Shown: positions 35,429 through 45,166 of the stretch, piece by piece
Position numbering within the stretch: position 1 is the first letter of the stretch
Layout: every line of letters starts with the position of its first letter
Source of the DNA: Candidatus Eiseniibacteriota bacterium
GTDB lineage: Bacteria > Eisenbacteria > RBG-16-71-46 > CAVPCR01
Reading direction: 5' to 3'
Length of the DNA stretch: 64,000 nucleotides
Assembly (NCBI GenBank): GCA_963702435.1
Contig: CAVPCR010000001.1
Location: 960,001 to 1,024,000, forward strand
The notes under the pieces: generated by a model
The model's input: only the letters and a program-made list of their open reading frames with translations
Databases searched by the model: none
Told to the model about the DNA's origin: nothing
Program-made: the position numbers and the translations under genes

Positions 35429-38284
35429 CTACCTCACGAGCACCAGGCGGCCGGTCGCCACCTTTCCGTTCGCTTCGACCCGGCAGATGTAGACGCCGCT
35501 CGGCGCGAGCCGCCCCGCACCGTCCCGCCCGTCCCAGAGGACGGACATGGTCCCCGCCGCCGCGTTCTGCTCCTCGAAGCGGCGCACGACGCGCCCGCTC
35601 ACGTCGATCACGTCGACGCGCACAGGACCGGCCGCCGCCGCGAGCGAGACGCGGATCGCGGTCGCATCGCGGAACGGATTCGGGATCGCCGGCTCGAGCC
35701 GCACGACGTCCGCCGGCGGCGCGCCGGGCGCCATCACGATGTCGATGCCGGAGAGCGGCGACGCGGTGACCTCGACCGGCTCGCCCGGGGTGCCGGGGGC
35801 CCCATGCGAGTGATACGCGTCGCCCATCCCGGGCCGCGTCGCGCGCACGTGGTAGATACCGGGCTCGAGCCCGCCGATCACGTAGCGCCCGCTGGCGCCC
35901 GTGGTCGTGAAGCCGGGCGAGCCGCCCGCGGCCGGCTCGGCGTACACCCAGGCCTGCGCGATGCCCTCGCCCTCCGCATCGACCACGCGACCGGAGAGGA
36001 TCCCCGGGCCCGACCCGAGGAGGTCGAGCGCGAAGTCGATGCCGGACACGGGCCCGCTCACCGCAACGGGAGTCGCCTCCTCCCAGCTCAGGGCGCCGTC
36101 GTAGAACTCGCCCACCCGCCCCGGCGCCGCGGCGAGAACGTAGTAGTCGCCGGGGGCGAGGGACGGAATCCAGTAGAAGCCGGTCGAGTCGGCCACACCG
36201 AACCCGGCTTGCCCGGCCAGCGACATGGCGACGATGACCGCGCCCGCGATCGGATCGCCGCTCTCCGCGGCGACCACCCGCCCGCCGATCGCGCCGTCGA
36301 GCGGCGCCATGCGCGCGAGCGTGAAGTCGATGCCGCTCGTCGTCCCGGGTGCGACGACCTGGACCGGGGTCGCCGCTTCCGGCGACTGCGCATCGCGGTA
36401 GAACTCGGGCTCGCACCCCTGCTCCCACGCCGACGCGAAGACGATGTGCTCCCCGCTCGGGACGCCCTCGATCAGGTAGGCACCGTTCTCGTCGGTCGGC
36501 GCGCCGAGCGGGCCGCGGATCGGACCACCGGGCTGGCCGTCGGGGTAGGTCGGACCATCCGGATCGCCGGTCGACCCATCCGGGTTGCCGCCCGGATAGC
36601 CGGGATAGCACGGGTACCCCATCCCCGGCAGGTACACCTCGACCCAAGCGCGCGCGATGGGCGCGCCGGTCTCCTGGTCGCGGACGACGCCCGCGATCGC
36701 ACCGCCCCGCTCGAGCGCGATGTCGATGCCGATGGCCGTCTCCGGCGCGACGACGGCGACCGGGGTCGCGTTCCGCGGATCCTGCCCGCCGCCGAAGAAG
36801 GTCGGCAGATAGCCCGGGGCCTCGGCGACGACGAAGTACTCGCCGGTCGGCAAGCCGGAGATCACGTAGCGGCCGGTGGAATCGGCCATCGCATCACCGC
36901 CACGGATCCCGCCGCACATCGGATAGGGCGGATCCGGCACCATCGTCGAATCGCCGCGCACCGGGTAGGCCCACACCCAGGCGCCTAGCACCGGCGCTTG
37001 ATCGGCCGTCACGGTGCCCGCGATGGCGCCGCCGCGGCCGAGCGTGAAGTCGATGCCGAGGACCTCGCCCTCGGCCGGCACGGTGACCGGATCGGCCTCG
37101 TCGTAGCAGCGCGCGTCGAGGTAGAACTCGCCGAGATAGCCCTCGGCCCAGGCGTGCACAAGGTAGTCGCCGGGCGGCAGGCCGCAGATCCGGTAGGTGC
37201 CGTCGGGCTCGGTCACGGCGACACCGCGATCGGGATAGCCGGGCTCGGGATAGACGATGCCGCCGCCACCGCCATCCGGATCGCCGGGCTCGCCCATCGG
37301 CGGATCGCCGGGCTCGCCCATCGGTGGATCGCCGGGCTGCGGCGGTGGGAGCGGTTCAGGGATCGGCCCCGGCCACTCGCCGCCGATCGTGACCATCGCG
37401 CCGGCGATCGGCTCGCCCGTATCGGCCGCGACGACGCGGCCGAGGATGCAACCGCCCCGCCCGAGCGCGAAATCGACGCTCCAGACGGTGGCGGGCGGCA
37501 CCACGGTCACCGGAGTGGCGTCCTCGATATTCTGCGCGTCGTCGTAGAATTCTCCGATGTGCTCGTCGGCATCGGTGCGCACGAAGTAATCGCCGGCGAC
37601 GAGGCCCGCGATCAGGTACGTGCCGTCGGGGCCGGTCGTCGCGAAGCCACCCCAGTACTCCGGGGGGTAGCCGGGGTCGCCCCCGTGCGGGGGCTCGCTC
37701 GGGTCGCCGCCGTGCGGCGGCTCGCCCGGCGGCGGGTCGCCGGGAGGAACGATCGTCGAGTCGCGAAAGGCGGGCCATGCCTGGACCATCGCTCCCGCGA
37801 TCGGCTCGCCGCTCCGCGCATCGGTCACGCGGCCGGCGATCGCGCCGGCCGGACCGAGGCGGAAATCGATGCCGTCGACCACGCGGCCCCCGTCGACCTC
37901 GACGCAGGTGGCCTGCCACGGATCGGGCACGCCCGGATAGAAGAGACCGAGGTGTTCCGCTGCGCCGGCATGCACGAGGTAGCAACCGGGGTACACGAGC
38001 TCGAGATCGTAGCGGCCTTCCGCATCGGTCCTCGTCGCGACGAGTCCGGAGTCGGGCGGCATCGGGGGCATGGGCGGCATCTCGGGTCCGCCGTAGCCCG
38101 CGGCCACGCGCGCGCCGGCGATCGGCGCACCCGACTCATCCGTGACGAGGCCGCGGATGTGCCCGCCGAGGGGGATCTGCGCAGATGAAGAAACGGCGGT
38201 CAGGAGGACCGCCAGCGCCAGGAGAGGGAAAAGAAAGAACCTGGATGCGAAGGAGGGCTTCATCGTCGTGATCCTCGGGAACAT
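35429..38284 (-). CDS. Secreted protein with 7 carboxypeptidase-regulatory-like (CnaB-like) repeats, Pro-rich inserts and a FlgD-Ig tail
   Basis: Repeated GxIxGxV...G.PIAGA.V...T...G.Y.I.GL..G.Y.V. Tail PNPF...WDGRD..G....SGVY. Start 38284 or 38263. Confidence 0.8.
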   Translation of the reverse strand: MFPRITTMKPSFASRFFLFPLLALAVLLTAVSSSAQIPLGGHIRGLVTDESGAPIAGARVAAGYGGPEMPPMPPMPPDSGLVATRTDAEGRYDLELVYPGCYLVHAGAAEHLGLFYPGVPDPWQATCVEVDGGRVVDGIDFRLGPAGAIAGRVTDARSGEPIAGAMVQAWPAFRDSTIVPPGDPPPGEPPHGGDPSEPPHGGDPGYPPEYWGGFATTGPDGTYLIAGLVAGDYFVRTDADEHIGEFYDDAQNIEDATPVTVVPPATVWSVDFALGRGGCILGRVVAADTGEPIAGAMVTIGGEWPGPIPEPLPPPQPGDPPMGEPGDPPMGEPGDPDGGGGGIVYPEPGYPDRGVAVTEPDGTYRICGLPPGDYLVHAWAEGYLGEFYLDARCYDEADPVTVPAEGEVLGIDFTLGRGGAIAGTVTADQAPVLGAWVWAYPVRGDSTMVPDPPYPMCGGIRGGDAMADSTGRYVISGLPTGEYFVVAEAPGYLPTFFGGGQDPRNATPVAVVAPETAIGIDIALERGGAIAGVVRDQETGAPIARAWVEVYLPGMGYPCYPGYPGGNPDGSTGDPDGPTYPDGQPGGPIRGPLGAPTDENGAYLIEGVPSGEHIVFASAWEQGCEPEFYRDAQSPEAATPVQVVAPGTTSGIDFTLARMAPLDGAIGGRVVAAESGDPIAGAVIVAMSLAGQAGFGVADSTGFYWIPSLAPGDYYVLAAAPGRVGEFYDGALSWEEATPVAVSGPVSGIDFALDLLGSGPGILSGRVVDAEGEGIAQAWVYAEPAAGGSPGFTTTGASGRYVIGGLEPGIYHVRATRPGMGDAYHSHGAPGTPGEPVEVTASPLSGIDIVMAPGAPPADVVRLEPAIPNPFRDATAIRVSLAAAAGPVRVDVIDVSGRVVRRFEEQNAAAGTMSVLWDGRDGAGRLAPSGVYICRVEANGKVATGRLVLVR

Positions 38285-38471
38285 GGCCTCGTGGGCGAGG
38301 ACTCATCCGAGTATACGCTGGGCGGGACAGCGCAGAGCGCCCGCGATGGGCGCGCGGTCGGAAACCTGGGCGCTCGCCCTCTAGTAACGGAATCGGCCGC
38401 CCGGATCCCCTCCGGAAGCACTTTCTGGGTCGCTGCCGGCCTCGCCAGAAATCTACCATCGCCGCCCAGGC

Positions 38472-38674
38472 TGACTTTTTGTCACATCGCGGTGCGCCTG
38501 GGGTCATCGAGCCGACGACCCTGCGCGATACAGACAGAGTGTCAATATGTCAGGCGCCCGACCCCCATTCTCGCCCGCATGTCCGAAACGGGGTGGGCAG
38601 CTTCTGGCCGGTCACCTCTAAGTCGTTGAAAAATATATATATTGTCTACCATGCCGGATGGCCCGGTGGTTGCC
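38472..38674 (+). promoter_or_regulatory. Sigma54-type promoter: two TGAC-N5-GTCA-like UAS, an IHF-like site and -24/-12
   Basis: TGACtttttGTCA 38472-38484, aGACagagtGTCA 38532-38544, IHF-like TTTCAAcgacTTA (minus strand, 38619-38631) beside an AT tract, and TGGCCCGgtggTTGCC 38659-38674. Confidence 0.65.
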
Positions 38675-38780
38675 TATGCGCAAGTTAGACGCTCGGTTCG
38701 CCTTTGCAGGCTGGCATCTCCCCCGCCCACCTGCGTAAGGACGAGCTGTGCAGCGCTGGACTTGCAGGAGTTACGCAGAC

Positions 38781-39824
38781 TTGGGCCACCGCGCGTCGGC
38801 CAGCTTCATACTCCCCCCGCTGGGAGCCCTCCTCGCCGCTACCCTCTTCTTCACGGCGCCGGCTCAGGCCGCGCTCGACGAGGGTGTGCCGGCGGCAACC
38901 GCCATCCGCGGGGTGGATGCGATCCTCTATGGCCCCTCCGCCCTCGATGTCTTCCGGCACCCGCGGAACATCGTCGCGGACCCGGCGCGCGGGATCTTCC
39001 TCATCGCCGACACCGGCAACCAGCGCCTGGTGACCTTCGACCGCCGCGGTCGGTCCCGGGGGTCGGTCCAGTACGACCCGTCGCTCAGGGCCATGGCGCG
39101 GCAGATCGTCGAGCCCGCCTCCCTCGCCTTCGACAGGCAGGGCCGCATCTTCCTCGTGGATGCGATGGCGAAGGACATCGAGGTCCTGAGCCCGACCGGA
39201 ACCCATATCGGCTATCTCACGCCGCCGCTGCCGGCCGATCTCGAAGGCCAAGCGCGCCCGACAGCCATCGCCATCGGCGCCAGCGGGCGCATCTACCTCC
39301 TCTGCGCCGGCCAGCGCTCGGGCATCCTCGTGCTCGATGCCGCCGGCCATCTCGAGGGGCAGATCGGATTCCCGGAGACGGCAGCGGGCTCCTGGGTGAG
39401 CCCGGTCGCCATGGCCGTCAACCCGGAAGAAACAGAAATCGCGGTCATCGACCCGCAAGCCGCTCGCCAGATCGTCGTCCGCAGCATGGACGGCACCGAG
39501 CTCGCCGCCTTCGGCGAGCACGGCGAGGGCGACGGGACCTTCTCGATGGCCGTCCACGCCGTCTGGGGCCCGGAGGGCAACCTCTGGGTCACCGACACCA
39601 TCCGGCACTCGATCAGCATCTTCGATCGCCGCGGTGAATACCGGGGACGCATCGGGGGCTTCGGTTCCGGACCCGGTCAGTTCAAGTACCCGGCCGCATG
39701 CGCGTTTCTGGCCCCAGACCAACTGGTGGTGCTGGAGCGGGGCGATTCCCGCTGCCAGGTCATCCGGTTGGACATCGAAGGCCTTCCGCCGGACCAAGGG
39801 GAAGCGGCGTCAGCCGAGCCCTGA
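38781..39824 (+). CDS. Secreted NHL-repeat beta-propeller protein
   Basis: IADTGNQRL, WVTDTIRHSISIFD and GGFGSGPGQFKYP repeats. AGGAG RBS favours TTG 38781 (alternative GTG 38748). Confidence 0.85.
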   Translation: MGHRASASFILPPLGALLAATLFFTAPAQAALDEGVPAATAIRGVDAILYGPSALDVFRHPRNIVADPARGIFLIADTGNQRLVTFDRRGRSRGSVQYDPSLRAMARQIVEPASLAFDRQGRIFLVDAMAKDIEVLSPTGTHIGYLTPPLPADLEGQARPTAIAIGASGRIYLLCAGQRSGILVLDAAGHLEGQIGFPETAAGSWVSPVAMAVNPEETEIAVIDPQAARQIVVRSMDGTELAAFGEHGEGDGTFSMAVHAVWGPEGNLWVTDTIRHSISIFDRRGEYRGRIGGFGSGPGQFKYPAACAFLAPDQLVVLERGDSRCQVIRLDIEGLPPDQGEAASAEP

Positions 39825-39857
39825 GGGATGGTGGGTCTCACCAACCGGAGGTGAATC

Positions 39858-40958
39858 GTGAGTAAGAGAATGCTCGCCTCGATGGGAGTCGCCCTGGGCA
39901 TGGTGGCGATGGCCTCCTTCGCCCTCGCGGGGGACTACCACTTCGGGCAGGACCTGGTCTGCTCGGACTGCCATGTGATGCACTACAGCCAGTCGCACGG
40001 CTACAACCCGAACGGCTCCGGCAACGTCTCCCCGCTCGGCGCCGGCGGCCCGTTCCACTACCTGCTCCGGAACGACATCAACGACCTCTGCCTCGGCTGT
40101 CATGACGGCCAGGCGTTCGCCCCGGACGTGTTCGAGGTGCACTCGAACGGCTACGTCCGCCAGGCGGGCGCGCTGAACGAGTTGGGCGGGAATGGGCTCT
40201 ATCCGGGCGCGACCGGCCACACGCTCAACTACACGGGCACCGTGCCGAGCGGCACGTGGTCGAATCCGGACGGTCTCAACTGCACCAACTGTCACGCTCC
40301 GCACGGGCGCACCAAGGGCAACCTCGGCGCCTTCGCGGCGCAGGGCGGGTACCGGAACCTGTTCATCGACGACCCGCTGTTCCTCAACAGCATCACCTAC
40401 ACCCGCGGTGACGTGGAAGGCCCGAACCCGGGCGGCGCCAACGCGGCGTGGGTGCACGAGGACGGGTCGGCGGGCGCGGTCGGCACGCACTACGGGCGCA
40501 ACGCCATCACGTTCAACGAGCCGGTCCAGACCGACTCGCGCTATGCCGAGTTCTGCAAGACCTGCCACACGTCGTTCCACGGCGCGGTGGGCGGTCCCGA
40601 GGTCGGCGGCACGGGCAGCCCGGCCGTCGAGTTCGTGCGGCACCCGAACGCGGGCGTCAACATCGGCGCCGTCGCCGGCGGCCACTCGAACCTGCCCCGG
40701 TTCATCCAGGAAGGCGCGAACCAGCTCCAGGTCATGTCCTTCGCCGGCAAGAAGGCGGGGACCTACACCGCGACCGACACCGACCTGACCCCGTCCTGCT
40801 TCTCGTGCCACAAGGCCCATGGCAATCAGAACGCCTTCGGTCTGATCTACATGCTCGGCACCGGCACGATCACCGAGCAGGGCGACAACGGCATCGACAT
40901 GCGGAACACCTGCCGCGCCTGCCACACGCAGGGCGGCGCCAACACGAACCCGTGGTAA
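39858..40958 (+). CDS. OmcS-like hexaheme c-type cytochrome (candidate nanowire subunit)
   Basis: Sec signal, strong GGAGGTGA RBS, 6 CxxCH. Motif order YH-x6-CSDCHVMH, GHTL, CTNCHAPHG, GYRNL, FCKTCHTSFH, RHP, SCFSCHKAH, CRACH. Confidence 0.8.
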   Translation: MSKRMLASMGVALGMVAMASFALAGDYHFGQDLVCSDCHVMHYSQSHGYNPNGSGNVSPLGAGGPFHYLLRNDINDLCLGCHDGQAFAPDVFEVHSNGYVRQAGALNELGGNGLYPGATGHTLNYTGTVPSGTWSNPDGLNCTNCHAPHGRTKGNLGAFAAQGGYRNLFIDDPLFLNSITYTRGDVEGPNPGGANAAWVHEDGSAGAVGTHYGRNAITFNEPVQTDSRYAEFCKTCHTSFHGAVGGPEVGGTGSPAVEFVRHPNAGVNIGAVAGGHSNLPRFIQEGANQLQVMSFAGKKAGTYTATDTDLTPSCFSCHKAHGNQNAFGLIYMLGTGTITEQGDNGIDMRNTCRACHTQGGANTNPW

Positions 40959-40972
40959 TCTAGTCAGACTGC

Positions 40973-41043
40973 GGATCCGGGCCCATCGGGGCCCGGATCC
41001 CGCGGGACCGGGCGCCGATACTCCGGCCCAGGTCGGCGCCCGG
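40973..41043 (+). terminator. Two tandem GC hairpins without U-tract (stabiliser or partial terminator)
   Basis: 12-bp stem 40973-40984/40989-41000 and 11-bp stem 41008-41018/41033-41043. Confidence 0.65.
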
Positions 41044-41118
41044 ACCCGACCCTTTCGCGGACCCCCCTCGCCATCCCCCCGACTCCGCGAGCAGACAATC
41101 GGCCGGTAGGAACGACCG

Positions 41119-42273
41119 GTGAGACCATTATCCGGCATGGTCCTCTCGGCGGTCCTCGGGCTCGCCGCGTGGGTCGCGGTCACCGCCCAGGAGCTGGTGA
41201 TCTTCGATCCGCATGGGGACGTCAGGACGGGCGTCCTCCGCGTGGTGACCGATCCGCCGACCCGCGGCGAATGCACGCAGTGCCACTCGACGCACACCGA
41301 GGAAGGTGATCGGCCTCCCGCCGCCACCAACCTCTTCACCGATAACTCGAACGGTCTCGCCTTCTGGACGCAGGGCGCCACCCCCTGCCATCAGGCGCGC
41401 CCCACCAACTACCCGCTCGGCGAGAGCGATCGCCTTCCCGACCTCGGGCCCGATGCCGGGTACTTCGAGGCCAACACCGGCGGCCAGCGGCGCGCCGGCG
41501 TCGAGTTCCGCGGCCGCTGGCCGGGCGAGGCGGTCTACCGGAATCCCCGGGTCACGGCGACCGGCCGTTACTACTCGCCGCATGCCCACGATCCGGACAT
41601 GCCACGCCAGGACGACGGCAGCGAAGGCCTCTGCCTCAACTGCCACGATCCGCACGGCACGGCGAACCGGCGGGACATCCTCACCGGTCCCTACGGCGGC
41701 ATCGGCGGGCACATGACGATCGGGGCACCGACCGAGTACGGGCTCTGCTTCTCATGCCACCGGCAAGCCGGTCTCCCCGGCATGGATCCCGAGAACCGGC
41801 TCATCGCCGATCTCTACGACTCGGGGCTGAACGGCGACACCGCCGGGCACCAGATCCGGAAGAACCCGCAAGTCGCACTCTACTGGCCCGCGCACATCCA
41901 GATCGGCGACAAGCTACCCTGCTACGACTGCCACAATCCGCACGGGTCCCAGGGGAACAACCGCGTGCAGCCGAACGCTTTTGTCCTGAGCGATCAGCGG
42001 CTAGGCTGGAGCGGGCTCACCGATCCCCGCCTGAACGCAGAGCAGAACCGCCGCTTCTGCCTCGGCTGCCACATCGCGAGCGACGGCATCCCCGGGTCGC
42101 AGACGATCGAGGGGATCGTGATGAACGCGATCTCCGACCGCGAGGCGCACAAGTCGGGCTCTCTCACGGCCTGCTATGACTGCCATGGCCGCGACTACTC
42201 GACGGCCACGAGCTACAACGTCCACCATCCCTCCCCCGGCGAGGACACGAGCGGGAGCGAGATTGGATGGTGA
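41119..42273 (+). CDS. Secreted multiheme c-type cytochrome (6 CxxCH plus one lone CH)
   Basis: CTQCH, CLNCH, CFSCH, CYDCH, CLGCH, CYDCH, an extra PCH, and a signal peptide. Confidence 0.85.
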   Translation: MRPLSGMVLSAVLGLAAWVAVTAQELVIFDPHGDVRTGVLRVVTDPPTRGECTQCHSTHTEEGDRPPAATNLFTDNSNGLAFWTQGATPCHQARPTNYPLGESDRLPDLGPDAGYFEANTGGQRRAGVEFRGRWPGEAVYRNPRVTATGRYYSPHAHDPDMPRQDDGSEGLCLNCHDPHGTANRRDILTGPYGGIGGHMTIGAPTEYGLCFSCHRQAGLPGMDPENRLIADLYDSGLNGDTAGHQIRKNPQVALYWPAHIQIGDKLPCYDCHNPHGSQGNNRVQPNAFVLSDQRLGWSGLTDPRLNAEQNRRFCLGCHIASDGIPGSQTIEGIVMNAISDREAHKSGSLTACYDCHGRDYSTATSYNVHHPSPGEDTSGSEIGW

Positions 42274-43886
42274 GCCGAGCTGTCCGGTCGATCCTGGTCG
42301 CGATGGCCGGCGCCGCGCTCCTCGGGAGCGCGCCCGCCGCCGTGGCCATGCAGATCGACGGTCGCTACATCGGCTCCTTCACTCGCACCGAGCTCACGGG
42401 GCAGCAGACCTTCGGCCAGGACACGAGCGATTTCATGCAGCACCAGCTCGACCTGTGGACGCGGGGGACGACCCCTGGCGGCTACGATCTCCGCCTCCGC
42501 GCGTTCCTCCGCTACCTGAGCGAGTTCGAGCCGGAGTACGAGGATCTCTTCCGCTATCGGTTCCAGGGCGAGCTGATCGCCCCGATCTGGCGCTTCGAGG
42601 GGCAGTTCACTCCCTGGCAGGGGATCACGCCGGGGGCCGATCCCGCCAAGGAACGCTTCGCCTATGCGCTGTTCGACCTGCACCCGCGCCAGCTGCCGCG
42701 GCTCTACGCCGACTGGCAGCACCGGGAGAGAGAGGTCGGCAACTTGCCCTCCGACTCCGACGACCGGCGCGTTCAGCTCTCCTACGGGAACGACTTCATG
42801 AACGCCTACGCGGGCGTGCGTCGCATCGACTCCGAGGACCTGTTCGCGGGCGGCGCCAGGCGCGAGAGCGATGAGTTCCGGGCCGGCATCGACGGGCGGA
42901 CCGTGGTCAAGACCGTGAGCCTCGGCGGCGGCTACGAGGCCCTCCTCACCGACTTCGGCTCGCGCGAGCGCGAGGTGGACATCGACATCCAGCGCGCGAA
43001 TCTGGACGCCGCCTGGAGCCCGCATCGCACGGTGACCCTCGGCGGGTCCGCTTTCCAGCGCTGGCAGAACACCGACGACAACGCGCTCCCGGCGCCGGTC
43101 GAGGCCGATGAGACGGCCCTGAGCGGGAACGTCACCTACCGCCCGGTCGTGCCGCTCAGCTTCGTCGTCGGCCGCGACTACCGGCAGACGAACGACTTCA
43201 CTGGAAGAGTGATTGCCGACTATTTGCGCTTCGAATCGATGTACCGGGATATGATGTGGCGCCGCATCGATCTCCTCGCCGGCTTCCGGCGTGTGCAACG
43301 GCTCGGGGACAGCCAGGGCGAGGTGCCGACGAACGCGGTCTACGCCATGGCGGACGGCCCGATCGCACGCGGAGTCGATGGTCGCCTCGAGCTCCATTAC
43401 CAGCGGGAGAGCGACCCGTTCCGCCCGCGGAACCAGTCCCGCCAGCTCGTCCAGGTCCGCACGACGCCGCGCCCTTCGACGCAGTTCGATGTCACGTGGA
43501 CGAGAACCGTGTTCCCCCAGTTCGCCGGGATCATCCAGGAGGAGCGCGAGTGGTTCCTCCTCCTCGGCTATGACCCCATGGAGCGCTTGAACCTGATCGG
43601 GACCTACCGCGTGTTGGACGGCGAGGGCCGGTTGCCGCGCGAGGACCGCTTCACGACCGCGTCGGTATCCTGGCAGCCCGGCCGCGAGGTCACGCTCACC
43701 GGCAACTGGGAGTGGCGGAAGGGCGAGTACAGGGGCGTCGAGACCACGAACGAGACGATCTGGGGAGTGGATCTCAGCACCTGGCTGTCCGGCGAGTTCC
43801 GCACGGTCCTGAGCGTGCAGCGCGCCGATCGCGAATCGGGACCTACCAGCATGTTCTACTCAGTCAGCCTGCAGAAGGACTTCTAG
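42267..43886 (+). CDS. Outer-membrane beta-barrel protein
   Basis: Signal peptide, alternating amphipathic beta pattern throughout, C-terminal beta-signal-like YSVSLQKDF. Confidence 0.75.
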   Translation: MVSRAVRSILVAMAGAALLGSAPAAVAMQIDGRYIGSFTRTELTGQQTFGQDTSDFMQHQLDLWTRGTTPGGYDLRLRAFLRYLSEFEPEYEDLFRYRFQGELIAPIWRFEGQFTPWQGITPGADPAKERFAYALFDLHPRQLPRLYADWQHREREVGNLPSDSDDRRVQLSYGNDFMNAYAGVRRIDSEDLFAGGARRESDEFRAGIDGRTVVKTVSLGGGYEALLTDFGSREREVDIDIQRANLDAAWSPHRTVTLGGSAFQRWQNTDDNALPAPVEADETALSGNVTYRPVVPLSFVVGRDYRQTNDFTGRVIADYLRFESMYRDMMWRRIDLLAGFRRVQRLGDSQGEVPTNAVYAMADGPIARGVDGRLELHYQRESDPFRPRNQSRQLVQVRTTPRPSTQFDVTWTRTVFPQFAGIIQEEREWFLLLGYDPMERLNLIGTYRVLDGEGRLPREDRFTTASVSWQPGREVTLTGNWEWRKGEYRGVETTNETIWGVDLSTWLSGEFRTVLSVQRADRESGPTSMFYSVSLQKDF

Positions 43887-43889
43887 ACG

Positions 43890-44519
43890 ATGGTCGCAAG
43901 AAACGAGAAAGCCATGTTCCAGAACCTCCGGAGCACGATGGGCAGAGCGACGCGGACGGCGAGCTACGCCGCTGCGACGCTCCTCCTTGCCGCTGCCTGC
44001 GGCAGCTCGGCCCGCTTCGTCGACCAGGAGGCGGACATCGCCTACTACGAGCGGGTCGCCGTCGCTCCCTTCATGTCGCTGGCGCAGGACCCGCTGGCCG
44101 GCCAGAAGGTGGCTGACGTCTTCTTCGCCGAGCTCCTCGAGACCGGATTCGCCCAGGTCGTCGAACCGGGGCAGATGGTGGCGGCCATGATGAAGGTGCG
44201 CGGCGGTACGCCGCTCACCAATCCCTGGTCGACCGAGGAGCTCGGACGGCTCGCCACCGAGCTCGGCATCCAGGGCATCTTCATGGGCACCGTGCGCGAC
44301 TACACGATGGAACAGGTCGGCCGCGACACGTTCCCGCTCATCTCCCTCGAGGTCCGCTTCGTGGACACCACCTCGGGGCGCATCGTGTGGACCGCGGACA
44401 AGACTCGCCGCGGCGGACCCGGCGTGCCGATCCTCGGCACCGGCGAGATCCACACGATCGGGGAGCTGACGTCGGATGTGTGCAGCGAGCTCCTGGACTC
44501 GCTGCCGCAGGGGGAGTGA
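43890..44519 (+). CDS. Lipoprotein, CsgG/GNA1162/TolB-N-like fold
   Basis: Lipobox AAAC. RVAVAPF...GIFMGTVRDY...SLEVRFVDTTSGRIVW. Start may be further downstream. Confidence 0.7.
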   Translation: MVARNEKAMFQNLRSTMGRATRTASYAAATLLLAAACGSSARFVDQEADIAYYERVAVAPFMSLAQDPLAGQKVADVFFAELLETGFAQVVEPGQMVAAMMKVRGGTPLTNPWSTEELGRLATELGIQGIFMGTVRDYTMEQVGRDTFPLISLEVRFVDTTSGRIVWTADKTRRGGPGVPILGTGEIHTIGELTSDVCSELLDSLPQGE

Positions 44520-44520
44520 T

Positions 44521-45126
44521 ATGGCATCGGGATCCGTGATTCGGCGGGAGCCTGGCCTTCGCTCGGCGATCGCGGGGTTCGGGTTGCTCCTCGCTCTCGC
44601 CGGTTGCGCACCCAAGCCGCACGTGTACGTGGCCGAGCCGATGGCCGGGAACTGGCGGATCGCCGTCCTCCCCTTCGCCAACTACGCCGCCAATCGCGAT
44701 GCCGCCGACCGCGTGCTGCCCATCGTGGCGGTCGAGCTGGCGCAGAAGCCAGGCGTCACGGTCGTCGACCAGGGCGAGGTGGACGCCGCCCTCGCCAAGG
44801 AGCCATGGTTGATGCTCGACCGCATCCCGCCCGACATCGTGAAGAGCATCGGGACGGAGCTCAAGGCGGACGCCTTGCTGATCGGTTCGCTCTTGAGCTA
44901 TGCCGAGCGGGATTACGAGATGGAACGGATCCCCCAGGCTTCGCTCTCGCTGCGGCTCGTCGAAGTGGAGAGCGGGCGCGTCCTGTGGAACGCCGTGCAC
45001 AGCCGCGATGGCGGGGACGAGGAGTGGTTGTTCGGCGTGGGCCGCGTGCAGAGCATGGAGCAGCTCCTGACGCTCACCGTACGCGAGATGCTCGAGGCCT
45101 TCCCCACGGGGCAAGAAACCCGGTAG
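44521..45126 (+). CDS. Lipoprotein, CsgG/GNA1162/TolB-N-like fold
   Basis: Lipobox LAGC. RIAVLPFAN...ADALLIGS...SLSLRLVEVESGRVLW. Paralogous to the preceding gene. Confidence 0.7.
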   Translation: MASGSVIRREPGLRSAIAGFGLLLALAGCAPKPHVYVAEPMAGNWRIAVLPFANYAANRDAADRVLPIVAVELAQKPGVTVVDQGEVDAALAKEPWLMLDRIPPDIVKSIGTELKADALLIGSLLSYAERDYEMERIPQASLSLRLVEVESGRVLWNAVHSRDGGDEEWLFGVGRVQSMEQLLTLTVREMLEAFPTGQETR

Positions 45127-45166
45127 GGGTGCCGGCTACCGCGCCGGCGGGATGGAGCAAGGAGAC

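Noticed and set aside
38290..38780. GEMM (c-di-GMP/cGAMP) riboswitch upstream of the OmcS-like operon
   Set aside because: I could not find the conserved GGCAAA...GACGCAAA core by eye. An Infernal scan is needed to exclude it fully.
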